DNA of 63,794 bases, filler included. It is 6 parts of 6 records of this genome, joined end to end, with 100 filler letters (N's around TTAATTAATTAA, not from the genome) between each part and the next. Parts side by side here need not be neighbours in the genome. Positions count along the whole stretch, not along the records: positions 1 to 28,133 come from SRR31147125_33536; 5 more parts are not named here. The stretch is one strand, 5' to 3'. Both the position numbers and the translations under genes were made by a program. Of this stretch, positions 1 through 7,901 are shown piece by piece; the first letter of the stretch is position 1; each line of letters opens with the position of its first letter. Below the pieces are notes generated by a model. It ran no database searches. It was not told the DNA's origin and worked only from the letters and a program-made list of their open reading frames with translations.

Positions 1-6
1 GGTCCC

Positions 7-26
7 CCTCCCTTTAACAAGGGAGG
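7..26. repeat. Short palindrome (CCTCCCTT-TAAC-AAGGGAGG), REP-like element or terminator
   Basis: Perfect 8-bp stem followed by CTTTATT at the contig start. Confidence 0.45.
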
Positions 27-187
27 CTTTATTATTGTGAGGCGGCGGGCTGGGCATTGATATGACCGCAGCGGCCTTTTATATGCCGTGGACGTCATAC
101 GTAAAATCCAAATATGCATTGCGTAAATTTGACGCAGGTATTATAGTTTTTATATAAAGTAAATGGTAATAGAAAGCGGGCGGCGCA

Positions 188-1654
188 TTGAAGACCCAAA
201 AGCAGAGTCAGGGACCTGAAAAGGAAGAACAAGTACAGCAGTCGTCAGCACCGGAAACACGGCAGCAAAACGACTTTTCACAGGGCAGCATCCCGCGGGC
301 CATTTTGCGTCTGGCCGTCCCGATGGCAGTTGCGCAGCTTATAAACATCCTGTACAACATCGTTGACCGGATGTATATTGGACATATAGCGGACGGGCGG
401 CTGGCCTTCACCGGTATGGGGATCGCGCTGCCGATCATCACAATCATCATGGGGTTTGCCAACCTGTGCGGAAGCGGCGGCGCGCCGCTGAGCTCCATGG
501 CGCGCGGCCGGGGTGATCTGCGGGAAGCCGAACACATTATGGGCAACGCGTTCAGCCTTCTGTTGATTCTCGGCGCTTCGCTCACCGTTTTGTGCCTCAT
601 TTTCAAACGCCCGCTCTTATATTTATTCGGGGCCGACGACGCCACAATCGGATATGCCGACGCCTATATGACTATTTATCTGCTGGGTACCATTATGGTT
701 ATGATCAGCTTCGGGATGAATCCGTTTGTCAACGTTCAGGGCTTTGGCAAAACGGGCATGATGACGGTCACCGTGGGGGCCGTCACCAACATCGTCCTTG
801 ATCCAATCTTCATCTTTGTCCTGCACATGGGCGTTGGGGGCGCCGCGCTCGCGAGCGTGCTATCTCAGACCTGCTCAACCATTTGGGTTCTTCGTTTCCT
901 CACCGGACAAAAAGCTATATTGAAGCTGCGCCTGAAAAACCTGCGTCTCCGGGCCAAAACGGTCTTTCGGATACTGGCGCTCGGCATTTCCGGCTTTATC
1001 ATGTTCCTCACAAACAGCCTCGTTCAGATCGTCTGCAACAAGACGCTTATGGCTTACGGCGGCAATCTCTATGTAAGCGTCATGACCGCCATCAACGCCA
1101 TCCGAGAGGTGGCAACCGTCGGAATAATGGGCATTGGCAGCGGTGCCATCCCCGTGCTCAGCTTCAATTACGGCGCGCAGAAATATGATCGTATACGCCG
1201 CGGCATACGCTTTGCGACAGCGGCCGGGTTTATCGCCGCCGCCGTTCCGTGGATGTTCATCATGCTCTTCCCCGCCGTTTTTATCAAAATCTTCAATAAC
1301 GACCCGGCGCTTATCACCAGCGGTGTGCCGGCCTTTCGTATTTATTTCGCGGCCTTTTTCTTTATGACATTCCAGCTGTCCGGCCAGTCTGTCTCGCAAG
1401 CGCTGGGCAAGGCAAAGATGGCCATTTTCTTCTCGCTGCTCCGAAAAGCCGTTATCGTCGCGCCGCTGACGGTTATACTCCCGCGTTTGTGGAACCTCGG
1501 CATCAACGGCGTGTTTCTAGCCGAGCCGGTCTCCAATATCGTCGGCGGGCTGGCCTGCTTTATTACCATGATATTTGTCATTTATATCCCCCTCGGCCGG
1601 CAGGAAAAGGAACAATTGCCACAAAACGCCGCGCCGGATGAACGGCATGGATAA
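188..1654 (+). CDS. MATE family efflux transporter (MepA-like)
   Basis: 488 aa polytopic membrane protein with LYNIVDRMYIG, NIVLDPIFIF and FNYGA motifs. Confidence 0.93.
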   Translation: MKTQKQSQGPEKEEQVQQSSAPETRQQNDFSQGSIPRAILRLAVPMAVAQLINILYNIVDRMYIGHIADGRLAFTGMGIALPIITIIMGFANLCGSGGAPLSSMARGRGDLREAEHIMGNAFSLLLILGASLTVLCLIFKRPLLYLFGADDATIGYADAYMTIYLLGTIMVMISFGMNPFVNVQGFGKTGMMTVTVGAVTNIVLDPIFIFVLHMGVGGAALASVLSQTCSTIWVLRFLTGQKAILKLRLKNLRLRAKTVFRILALGISGFIMFLTNSLVQIVCNKTLMAYGGNLYVSVMTAINAIREVATVGIMGIGSGAIPVLSFNYGAQKYDRIRRGIRFATAAGFIAAAVPWMFIMLFPAVFIKIFNNDPALITSGVPAFRIYFAAFFFMTFQLSGQSVSQALGKAKMAIFFSLLRKAVIVAPLTVILPRLWNLGINGVFLAEPVSNIVGGLACFITMIFVIYIPLGRQEKEQLPQNAAPDERHG

Positions 1655-1744
1655 AAAAACAAAATAGCGGCTGTAATATCGGAGATATTGACATTGGCCA
1701 ACGAACTTTTTAGTGATATAATCTGAAATTGTTAAAAAAAGAGC

Positions 1745-1780
1745 AAAGGTGCTTTTATGAGCTGTCATAAAAGCACCTTT
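1745..1780. terminator. Perfect 16-bp inverted repeat overlapping the Nudix stop codon; likely terminator
   Basis: AAAGGTGCTTTTATGA-GCTG-TCATAAAAGCACCTTT, with a T7 run 4 nt downstream on the minus strand. Confidence 0.6.
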
Positions 1781-2199
1781 CCTTGGGTCTCCAGCAGCTG
1801 AATCACCTTGTCAAAAAGCCTCGGCTGTATGAGCGGATACGTCCACGCTTCGGGCAGCCTGTCCAGCAGCTCGATCTTTTCGATCTCCAGCTCCGGCAGC
1901 GGGCCAAGCCGGCTAATCTCGGCGTAATACAGCATGCCGAAGGTCTCGGCCTCGCCGTCCACAACGGAATACGGGCACATTGGCTCCAGCGTATAGTCTA
2001 AAGCACCCGTTTCCTCCCACAGCTCACGCCGGGCCGTGTCATTGATCGCTTCGCCCGGCTCGCGATGGCCGCCAGGGCATTCGTATGTATGACGGTCCCG
2101 ATGCTTGCAAAAGACCCATTTATCATCGTATCGGGCAATAATAACGGCATACAGAAACGCTGTGTCGTCCACATCTTCACAAAATCTGGTTTTAATCAT
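1765..2199 (-). CDS. Nudix hydrolase (YtkD/MutT-like), 144 aa
   Basis: Nudix box GGHREPGEAINDTARRELWEETGA; start reassigned to ATG 2199 after AAGGGAAG because the ORF-track extension overlaps tmcAL. Confidence 0.88.
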   Translation of the reverse strand: MIKTRFCEDVDDTAFLYAVIIARYDDKWVFCKHRDRHTYECPGGHREPGEAINDTARRELWEETGALDYTLEPMCPYSVVDGEAETFGMLYYAEISRLGPLPELEIEKIELLDRLPEAWTYPLIQPRLFDKVIQLLETQGKVLL

Positions 2200-2224
2200 A
2201 TGCGACTTCCCTTTTCTTAATGAA

Positions 2225-3409
2225 TCATACCACAACCGGACTGGTTGTCCACTCCTGGCCGCCCGTTCTGCTCTCCGGCTGGGGATAGGCCAGCACGTAT
2301 AAATCGGTAGACGCGGCTTCCTGCTGAAACATCGACAAAGCCCGCTCGCCGAGCGCTTTGACCCCGGCGGGCTTGGTAACGACAGGCAGGGACGATTTCT
2401 CCTTAATCTCGCGCAGCAGCTGACGGCCCGTTTGGCCCAAGGCCAGCACGCGGATATATTCCGGGGGCCGCCTTGTATCCCCGGCTGTAATGCCGAGCGC
2501 GGCGCACAGCGCCATGCGCCGCAGGCGCGAGAGTGCGTACCGCTTTGTTTTGGCCGCTTCCAGAACGGCCCCAAGCGTCGGCTCTGTTCTGGCAACGCGC
2601 ATAAGCCGGTCCTCCAGTCCCTCAGAGGCATCCGGCAGGCGCCGGAACGCGTCGTCCGGCAGCATCCGCAGGCGCGACAGGAGCGCCGTATCCAAATCGT
2701 CGATAAAGACGGGCCTCCGCCCGCGCGCGCTCTCTTCCTTATAAATAGCCGCGGCCCTTTCCGGCATCAGCTGCCACGGCGCGCCGCCCTGCTTGAGTAT
2801 CCGCCTGAGCTGGGAGGCCGACTCCGGTCCGCTGGAATCATGCGCCGAGCCTCGCCGGCAAACTGTAACGGGCGACATCGCCGACGACGTGGCCGCAAGG
2901 GCTTTGAGATACTCCACGCCGAGGATGTTATTGGGCGACTGAAGCACGTCGGCGTCGGCCCCGATGAGCCGGCGAAGCGCGACATGACGCGCGGCGGCAT
3001 AGGACGCGCCGCTTTTCAGCTCCTGCCGAATGAGCGTCGACGCCGCTTCTGTATTCAGGCTGTCGGCGGCCTTTTGCAGGCAGGACGTCTCACCCGCCTC
3101 ACTGCCGAAAGACAGATGCGTCACGACGCCCAGCGCGTTTAACACGCGCACACCGCCCAGAGCAAAGCTCTCAGCCGACGACAAAGCGTACGACACCGGC
3201 AGCTCCAGGACTAGGTCGACCCCGCAGGCAGCGGCCGCGGCAGCCCGCGCATGCTTGGAAAAAACAGCAATATCGCCCCGCTGGACAAAATTGCCGCTCA
3301 TGACACACACGACGGCGCAGTCATCAAGCTGCTCGCGCGTCTCGGCGATATGGCGCAGATGCCCGTTATGGATCGGGTTATATTCACAAATAATGCCGGC
3401 CGTTTTCAT
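2225..3409 (-). CDS. tmcAL: tRNA(Met) cytidine acetate ligase (YlbM/UPF0348)
   Basis: GIICEYNPIHNGH HIGH-like motif, MSGNFVQRG, PNNILGVEY, KTKRY and YIRVL; divergent from ackA. Confidence 0.92.
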   Translation of the reverse strand: MKTAGIICEYNPIHNGHLRHIAETREQLDDCAVVCVMSGNFVQRGDIAVFSKHARAAAAAACGVDLVLELPVSYALSSAESFALGGVRVLNALGVVTHLSFGSEAGETSCLQKAADSLNTEAASTLIRQELKSGASYAAARHVALRRLIGADADVLQSPNNILGVEYLKALAATSSAMSPVTVCRRGSAHDSSGPESASQLRRILKQGGAPWQLMPERAAAIYKEESARGRRPVFIDDLDTALLSRLRMLPDDAFRRLPDASEGLEDRLMRVARTEPTLGAVLEAAKTKRYALSRLRRMALCAALGITAGDTRRPPEYIRVLALGQTGRQLLREIKEKSSLPVVTKPAGVKALGERALSMFQQEAASTDLYVLAYPQPESRTGGQEWTTSPVVV

Positions 3410-3591
3410 CAGATTCTCTCCAGTTTAACGAAATCTGTTAATCAGAATATAATTTTACAAAAATTCTTGAAATATTACAATTTTAATTATACAATACCGA
3501 AAGATCGTTTGGTCTTTAACGTTTTAACGTTTCATCAGGATACTGTAACGAGGCATCCTCCATTATAACACTATATCAAGGGGTTTGGAAA

Positions 3592-4791
3592 ATGAATGTA
3601 TTAGTCATCAACGCAGGCAGCTCGTCACTGAAGTACCAGCTGTTCGACATGGAGACCGAGTCGGTCGCCGCCAAGGGCATCTGTGAACGCATTGGTATTG
3701 ACGGCCGTCTTAAGCACACGTCTCTCATTGACGGCAAGAAAGAGTTTAAAGCCGAAATATCCATGCCGACCCATTCCGAGGCCATTAACGCCGTTATTGA
3801 AAAGCTCACAAGCAAAGACTACGGCGTCATCAGCAGCCTCAGCGAAGTCGGCGCCATTGGTCACCGCGTTGTACACGGCGGCGAAAAATTCTCTGAGAGC
3901 GTTTTGATTGACGACACCGTCATCGCGGCTATCACCGAGTGCATCCCGCTTGGCCCGCTGCACAACCCGGCCAACCTCATGGGCATTAAAGCCTGCCAGA
4001 AGATTATGCCCAATGTCCCGCAGATCGCCGTTTTCGACACAGCTTTTCATCAGACGATGCCTGAGCACGCTTACATCTATCCACTCCCCTATTCTTATTA
4101 TGAAAAATACGGCATTCGCCGCTATGGCTTCCACGGCACCTCCCACCGCTACGTATCCCAGAAAGCGCTTGAGGTCCTGGGCATTCCCGCCGAAGGCTCA
4201 AAGCTCATCACCTGCCACCTTGGCAACGGCTCGTCGCTTGCGGCCATCAAGGACGGCAAATGCATCGACACAACGATGGGACTCACGCCGCTGGAAGGCC
4301 TGCCGATGGGTACGCGCTGCGGCAGCATTGACCCTGCCATTATCGAAACAATGGCTAACTGTGAAGATCTCTCGCTGCATCAGGTCATGGGCGTATTAAA
4401 CCGCGATTCGGGCGTCTTGGGTATATCCGGCATATCCTCCGACTTCCGCGACCTCGAAGACGCGGCGCTTGAGGGCAATAAAAGAGCTATTTTGGCGCTT
4501 GACACCTTCAATTACGCGTGTGCCAAGTACATCGGTTCTTATATGGCGGCTTTGGGCGGCGCGGACGCCATCGTCTTTACGGCCGGTCTCGGCGAAAACG
4601 GCCCCCTAACGCGGCAGGGCGTTGTCCGCCACTTAAACGGCATGGGCATCTGCATCGACGAGGAAGTCAACGACTTCAAGGGCAAGCTGCGCGAGATCAC
4701 CGGCAAGGGATCAACCGTCCGGGTTTTCGTTATCCCGACGGACGAGGAGCTTGTCATTGCGCGCGACACGAAGGATATCGTCGAAAAATAA
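3592..4791 (+). CDS. ackA: Acetate kinase
   Basis: VLVINAGSSSLKYQ, GHRVVHGG, DTAFHQTMP, RYGFHGTSH and IPTDEE motifs. Confidence 0.97.
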   Translation: MNVLVINAGSSSLKYQLFDMETESVAAKGICERIGIDGRLKHTSLIDGKKEFKAEISMPTHSEAINAVIEKLTSKDYGVISSLSEVGAIGHRVVHGGEKFSESVLIDDTVIAAITECIPLGPLHNPANLMGIKACQKIMPNVPQIAVFDTAFHQTMPEHAYIYPLPYSYYEKYGIRRYGFHGTSHRYVSQKALEVLGIPAEGSKLITCHLGNGSSLAAIKDGKCIDTTMGLTPLEGLPMGTRCGSIDPAIIETMANCEDLSLHQVMGVLNRDSGVLGISGISSDFRDLEDAALEGNKRAILALDTFNYACAKYIGSYMAALGGADAIVFTAGLGENGPLTRQGVVRHLNGMGICIDEEVNDFKGKLREITGKGSTVRVFVIPTDEELVIARDTKDIVEK

Positions 4792-4804
4792 AAGGTCTTA
4801 TCCG

Positions 4805-4844
4805 AACACCGGCGGCAGTTTATAACTGTTCGCCGGTGTTTTTT
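4805..4844 (+). terminator. Intrinsic terminator of ackA
   Basis: AACACCGGCG...CGCCGGTGTT stem followed by a T-tract. Confidence 0.8.
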
Positions 4845-4879
4845 AACGTATGGACGCAGAAAACGTGTAATATTTTTAG

Positions 4880-4908
4880 TTGACAGGACCGCGCATACCG
4901 ACTATTCT
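4880..4908 (+). promoter_or_regulatory. Sigma-A promoter of the SPT-SDR operon
   Basis: TTGACA-17 nt-TATTCT. Confidence 0.6.
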
Positions 4909-5023
4909 AAAATCGGCTGTTTATAACAGCCCGAGGGGGACATACGTCTTATCGTTAACTGCGTGGATAAGACCACGGCAAAAATACTGGAGCCGGCGCG
5001 CAGCGGCGGATTGGGTGATAACT

Positions 5024-6193
5024 GTGGACATCTTCGATAAATGCTATAATTACACGACGGCTGACGAGGCAAAAAAGCAAGGTATCTATCCGTATTTTCA
5101 CGCGCTCGAATCCCGGCAGGATGTTGAGGTCATCATGGAAGGCAAACGCCGAATTATGCTGGGCTCCAACAATTATCTGGGACTTACGACGCATCCGGAA
5201 ATCATTGAGGCCGGCATCAAGGCCTTTGAAAAATACGGCTCAGGCTGCAGCGGTTCGCGCTTTTTAAACGGTACGTTGGAGATGCATCTGGAGCTGGAAT
5301 CAGAGCTGGCCGAATTCGTCGGAAAAAAGTCTGCCGTCACCTTTTCGACGGGCTTCCAATCCAATCTTGGTATTATCAGCGCTATTGTCGGGCGCGGTGA
5401 CACGGTAATCTGCGACCGAGAAAACCACGCAAGCATCTACGACGGCTGCCGGCTCAGCTATGGAAAAATGGTGCGTTACCCGCACAGCAATATGGAAGAG
5501 CTTGAGCGCATCCTTCAGAATATTCCTGAGGACGCGGGCAAGCTTATCGTTACGGACGGTGTATTCAGCATGGGCGGCGACATTGCCAAGCTCCCCGAAA
5601 TCGTGGCGCTGGCCAAAAAATATAACGCCCGCACGATGGTAGACGATGCGCACGGCCTCGGCGTTATGGGTAACGGCGGGCGCGGGACAGCCGATTACTT
5701 CGGGCTGACCAACGAAGTCGACATTCTGATGAGCACCTTCAGCAAATCACTGGCGAGCCTGGGAGGCTATATGGCGGCCGACGAAAAAATCGCCGATTAC
5801 GTGCGCCATAATTCCCGGCCCTTTATCTTCTCGGCCTCTATGACACCGTCGAGCTGCGCAACAGCGCTCGCAGCGCTCCGGCATCTGAAAGAGCACCCGG
5901 AGCTTCCCGCGCGTCTGCTAGAGCTGGCCGCTTACGCACGCGACGGGCTCATTAATCGCGGGCTTGAGATTAAAATGTCCACAACGCCGATCATACCGAT
6001 TTATACATATGATGTCACCAATACGCTCGTCAAGGCCAAGGAGCTTTACGACGCGGGTGTCTACGTCAATCCGGTCCTTCCGCCGGCCACACCGCAAAAC
6101 GAATGTTTACTCCGCACCAGCTATATGGCCACGCTCACCGAGCCGCTTCTCGACGAGGCAATGGATATTATAAAGAAAGTACTGGTGGGATAG
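5024..6193 (+). CDS. spt: Serine palmitoyltransferase-like alpha-oxoamine synthase (PLP, class II), 389 aa
   Basis: YPYF, GSNNYLGL, GSRFLNGT, NHAS, VDDAH, STFSKS (PLP Lys), IFSAS and PPATP motifs; GTG start at 5024 after GGGTGA. Confidence 0.75.
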   Translation: MDIFDKCYNYTTADEAKKQGIYPYFHALESRQDVEVIMEGKRRIMLGSNNYLGLTTHPEIIEAGIKAFEKYGSGCSGSRFLNGTLEMHLELESELAEFVGKKSAVTFSTGFQSNLGIISAIVGRGDTVICDRENHASIYDGCRLSYGKMVRYPHSNMEELERILQNIPEDAGKLIVTDGVFSMGGDIAKLPEIVALAKKYNARTMVDDAHGLGVMGNGGRGTADYFGLTNEVDILMSTFSKSLASLGGYMAADEKIADYVRHNSRPFIFSASMTPSSCATALAALRHLKEHPELPARLLELAAYARDGLINRGLEIKMSTTPIIPIYTYDVTNTLVKAKELYDAGVYVNPVLPPATPQNECLLRTSYMATLTEPLLDEAMDIIKKVLVG

Positions 6194-6194
6194 G

Positions 6195-6980
6195 TTGTCA
6201 AAGGTTGTATTACTGACCGGCGGCAGCAAGGGCATCGGCTACGCAACCGCTAAAAGCTTTGCCGAGAAGGGCTGCAAGATTTACGAAATAAGCCGCAGGG
6301 ATATTCACAATCCCGGCGTCATTCATATTGCCGCAGACGTAACGGACGTCACCGACGTGGAGTCGGCCGTTATGGGCATCATCGAGCGCGAGGGAAAGCT
6401 GGACGTGCTCGTGTGCAACGCCGGCACGATTTTATCGGGCGCCGTCGAATTTTTACGCCCCGAGGAAATCAAAAAGCTCATGGAGCTTAACGTTTACGGC
6501 GTTATCAACACCGTACGGGCTGTTTTGCCGTATATGCGCGCTGCCGGCGGCGGACGCATTGTTGTCATCAGTTCAATGGCCGCCGTCTTCCCTGTGCCGT
6601 ACCACACGTATTATTCCGTGTCCAAGGCCGCTGTCAGCGCGTTCGCGTTTGCGCTTTCAAACGAGGTGAAGGATTTCGGCATCAGCGTGTGCACATTGCT
6701 GCCCGGCGATACGAATTCCGATCAAATCCGCTATAAGGCCCACGACGGAGACGAGGTTTACGGCGGCCGGATCAGCCGGTCTGTCGGGGTGATGGAGCAC
6801 GATGAGAAAAACGGCATGACACCGGAAACGGTCGGGCAGAAAATCAGTGCCATCGCTTTAAAAAAACGCGTCAAGCCCTATTATCCCATTGGCTTCATGT
6901 CAAAGCTTGAGGTTTTCATCAACCATATCGTGCCCGCGGCTTTGGTCCGGCGTATTGTCGGTATGATGTACGCAAAATAA
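6195..6980 (+). CDS. SDR oxidoreductase, putative 3-ketosphinganine reductase
   Basis: TGGSKGIG, NAG, YSVSK (YxxxK) and PGD motifs; starts 1 nt after the spt stop (SDR call secure, substrate inferred). Confidence 0.8.
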   Translation: MSKVVLLTGGSKGIGYATAKSFAEKGCKIYEISRRDIHNPGVIHIAADVTDVTDVESAVMGIIEREGKLDVLVCNAGTILSGAVEFLRPEEIKKLMELNVYGVINTVRAVLPYMRAAGGGRIVVISSMAAVFPVPYHTYYSVSKAAVSAFAFALSNEVKDFGISVCTLLPGDTNSDQIRYKAHDGDEVYGGRISRSVGVMEHDEKNGMTPETVGQKISAIALKKRVKPYYPIGFMSKLEVFINHIVPAALVRRIVGMMYAK

Positions 6981-7008
6981 TACATGATGATATATCGCGG
7001 GTATTGTA

Positions 7009-7037
7009 TTGACATTTTAATTTTCAAATGGTAAACT
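7009..7037 (+). promoter_or_regulatory. Sigma-A promoter of rplU-rpmA
   Basis: TTGACA-17 nt-TAAACT with extended -10 TG. Confidence 0.7.
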
Positions 7038-7039
7038 GT

Positions 7040-7115
7040 CTAGGCCGCTTTGAACGGGCTTTAAAGAGAAAACTTTGGTTTTCCGCCCCGGAGAGCGAGT
7101 CTCTACGTAAGAGGT
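7040..7115 (+). ncRNA. Possible ribosomal protein L21 leader
   Basis: Position between the promoter and rplU in a Bacillota genome, with small hairpins (GAAAAC/GTTTTC, GAGA/TCTC); not verified against the covariance model. Confidence 0.3.
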
Positions 7116-7123
7116 GAAACAGA

Positions 7124-7435
7124 ATGTACGCAATTATTGAAACAGGCGGCAAGCAGTACAGCGTCAAAGAAGGCGACGTGGTATTTATTGAAAAGCTCGC
7201 GCTTGCAGCCGAGGAAAAGGTTACGTTTGATAAGGTTCTTGCGGTCGTAGGCGACGGTGTCCAGAAATTCGGCACGCCGGCCGTCGAGGGCGCGAGCGTT
7301 GCCGGGACGATTGTCAAAAACGGCAAGTCTAAAAAGATCATCGTCTACAAGATGCATCCGAAAAAGAACTACCGCAGAAAGCAGGGCCATCGTCAGCCCT
7401 ATACAAAGGTACAGATTGATAAAATCTCGGTCTAA
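7124..7435 (+). CDS. rplU: 50S ribosomal protein L21
   Basis: [12 protein letters not shown]...GHRQPYT. Confidence 0.98.
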   Translation: MYAIIETGGKQYSVKEGDVVFIEKLALAAEEKVTFDKVLAVVGDGVQKFGTPAVEGASVAGTIVKNGKSKKIIVYKMHPKKNYRRKQGHRQPYTKVQIDKISV

Positions 7436-7475
7436 GAGATTTTTCTTAAACACACGACATCTGGAGGTGTAAGCT

Positions 7476-7739
7476 ATGGCACATAAAAAAGGCGTCGGCT
7501 CTACGAAAAACGGCCGCGACAGCAAGTCCAAGCGCCTGGGTCCCAAACGGGCCGACGGGCAGTTTGTGCTGGCCGGCAACATCCTCGTCCGTCAGCGCGG
7601 CACGAAAATCCATCCGGGTAATAACGTTGGCCGCGGCAGCGACGACACGCTCTTCGCTCTTAAGGACGGCAAGGTCCGCTACGAGCCCTTCGGGCGCGAC
7701 CGCAAGCGCGTTTCGGTCTACGAGGACCTCGCGCAGTAA
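7476..7739 (+). CDS. rpmA: 50S ribosomal protein L27 (short form, no N-terminal extension)
   Basis: [16 protein letters not shown]...[18 protein letters not shown]; in-frame TAA two codons upstream. Confidence 0.98.
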   Translation: MAHKKGVGSTKNGRDSKSKRLGPKRADGQFVLAGNILVRQRGTKIHPGNNVGRGSDDTLFALKDGKVRYEPFGRDRKRVSVYEDLAQ

Positions 7740-7755
7740 CATACGTGGGAATAAT

Positions 7756-7782
7756 AAAAGGCTGCTTAAAGCAGCCTTTTTT
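7756..7782. terminator. Bidirectional terminator between rpmA and the accessory secA
   Basis: AAAAGGCTGC-TTAAA-GCAGCCTTTT followed by T residues. Confidence 0.8.
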
Positions 7783-7789
7783 ATTTTGT

Positions 7790-7901
7790 GTAGGGGCGGA
7801 TTCCATATCCGCCCAAAGAGATTTTCCCGTACGGGCGATTCACGATCGCCTGTTTCAATTATTGCGGAATATCCGGCGGGCGATTCATGAATCGCCCCTA
7901 C
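7790..7901. repeat. Cluster of three GTAG-type REP palindromes (REPIN-like)
   Basis: GTAGGGGCGGATTCCATATCCGCCC (7790), degenerate GTACGGGCGATTCACGATCGCC (7829) and inverted GTAGGGGCGATTCATGAATCGCCC (7901-7878). Confidence 0.75.

Noticed and set aside
2200-2631. 288-aa version of the Nudix ORF
   Set aside because: The extension is an alternative frame inside tmcAL; the Nudix domain starts at ATG 2199
2225-4791. tmcAL-ackA adjacency as a novel acetate-sharing system
   Set aside because: This is a common arrangement in Clostridia
4880-5023. ORF-track N-terminal extension of the SPT gene
   Set aside because: The TTG start is the -35 box TTGACA; family similarity begins at the GTG at 5024, which has an RBS
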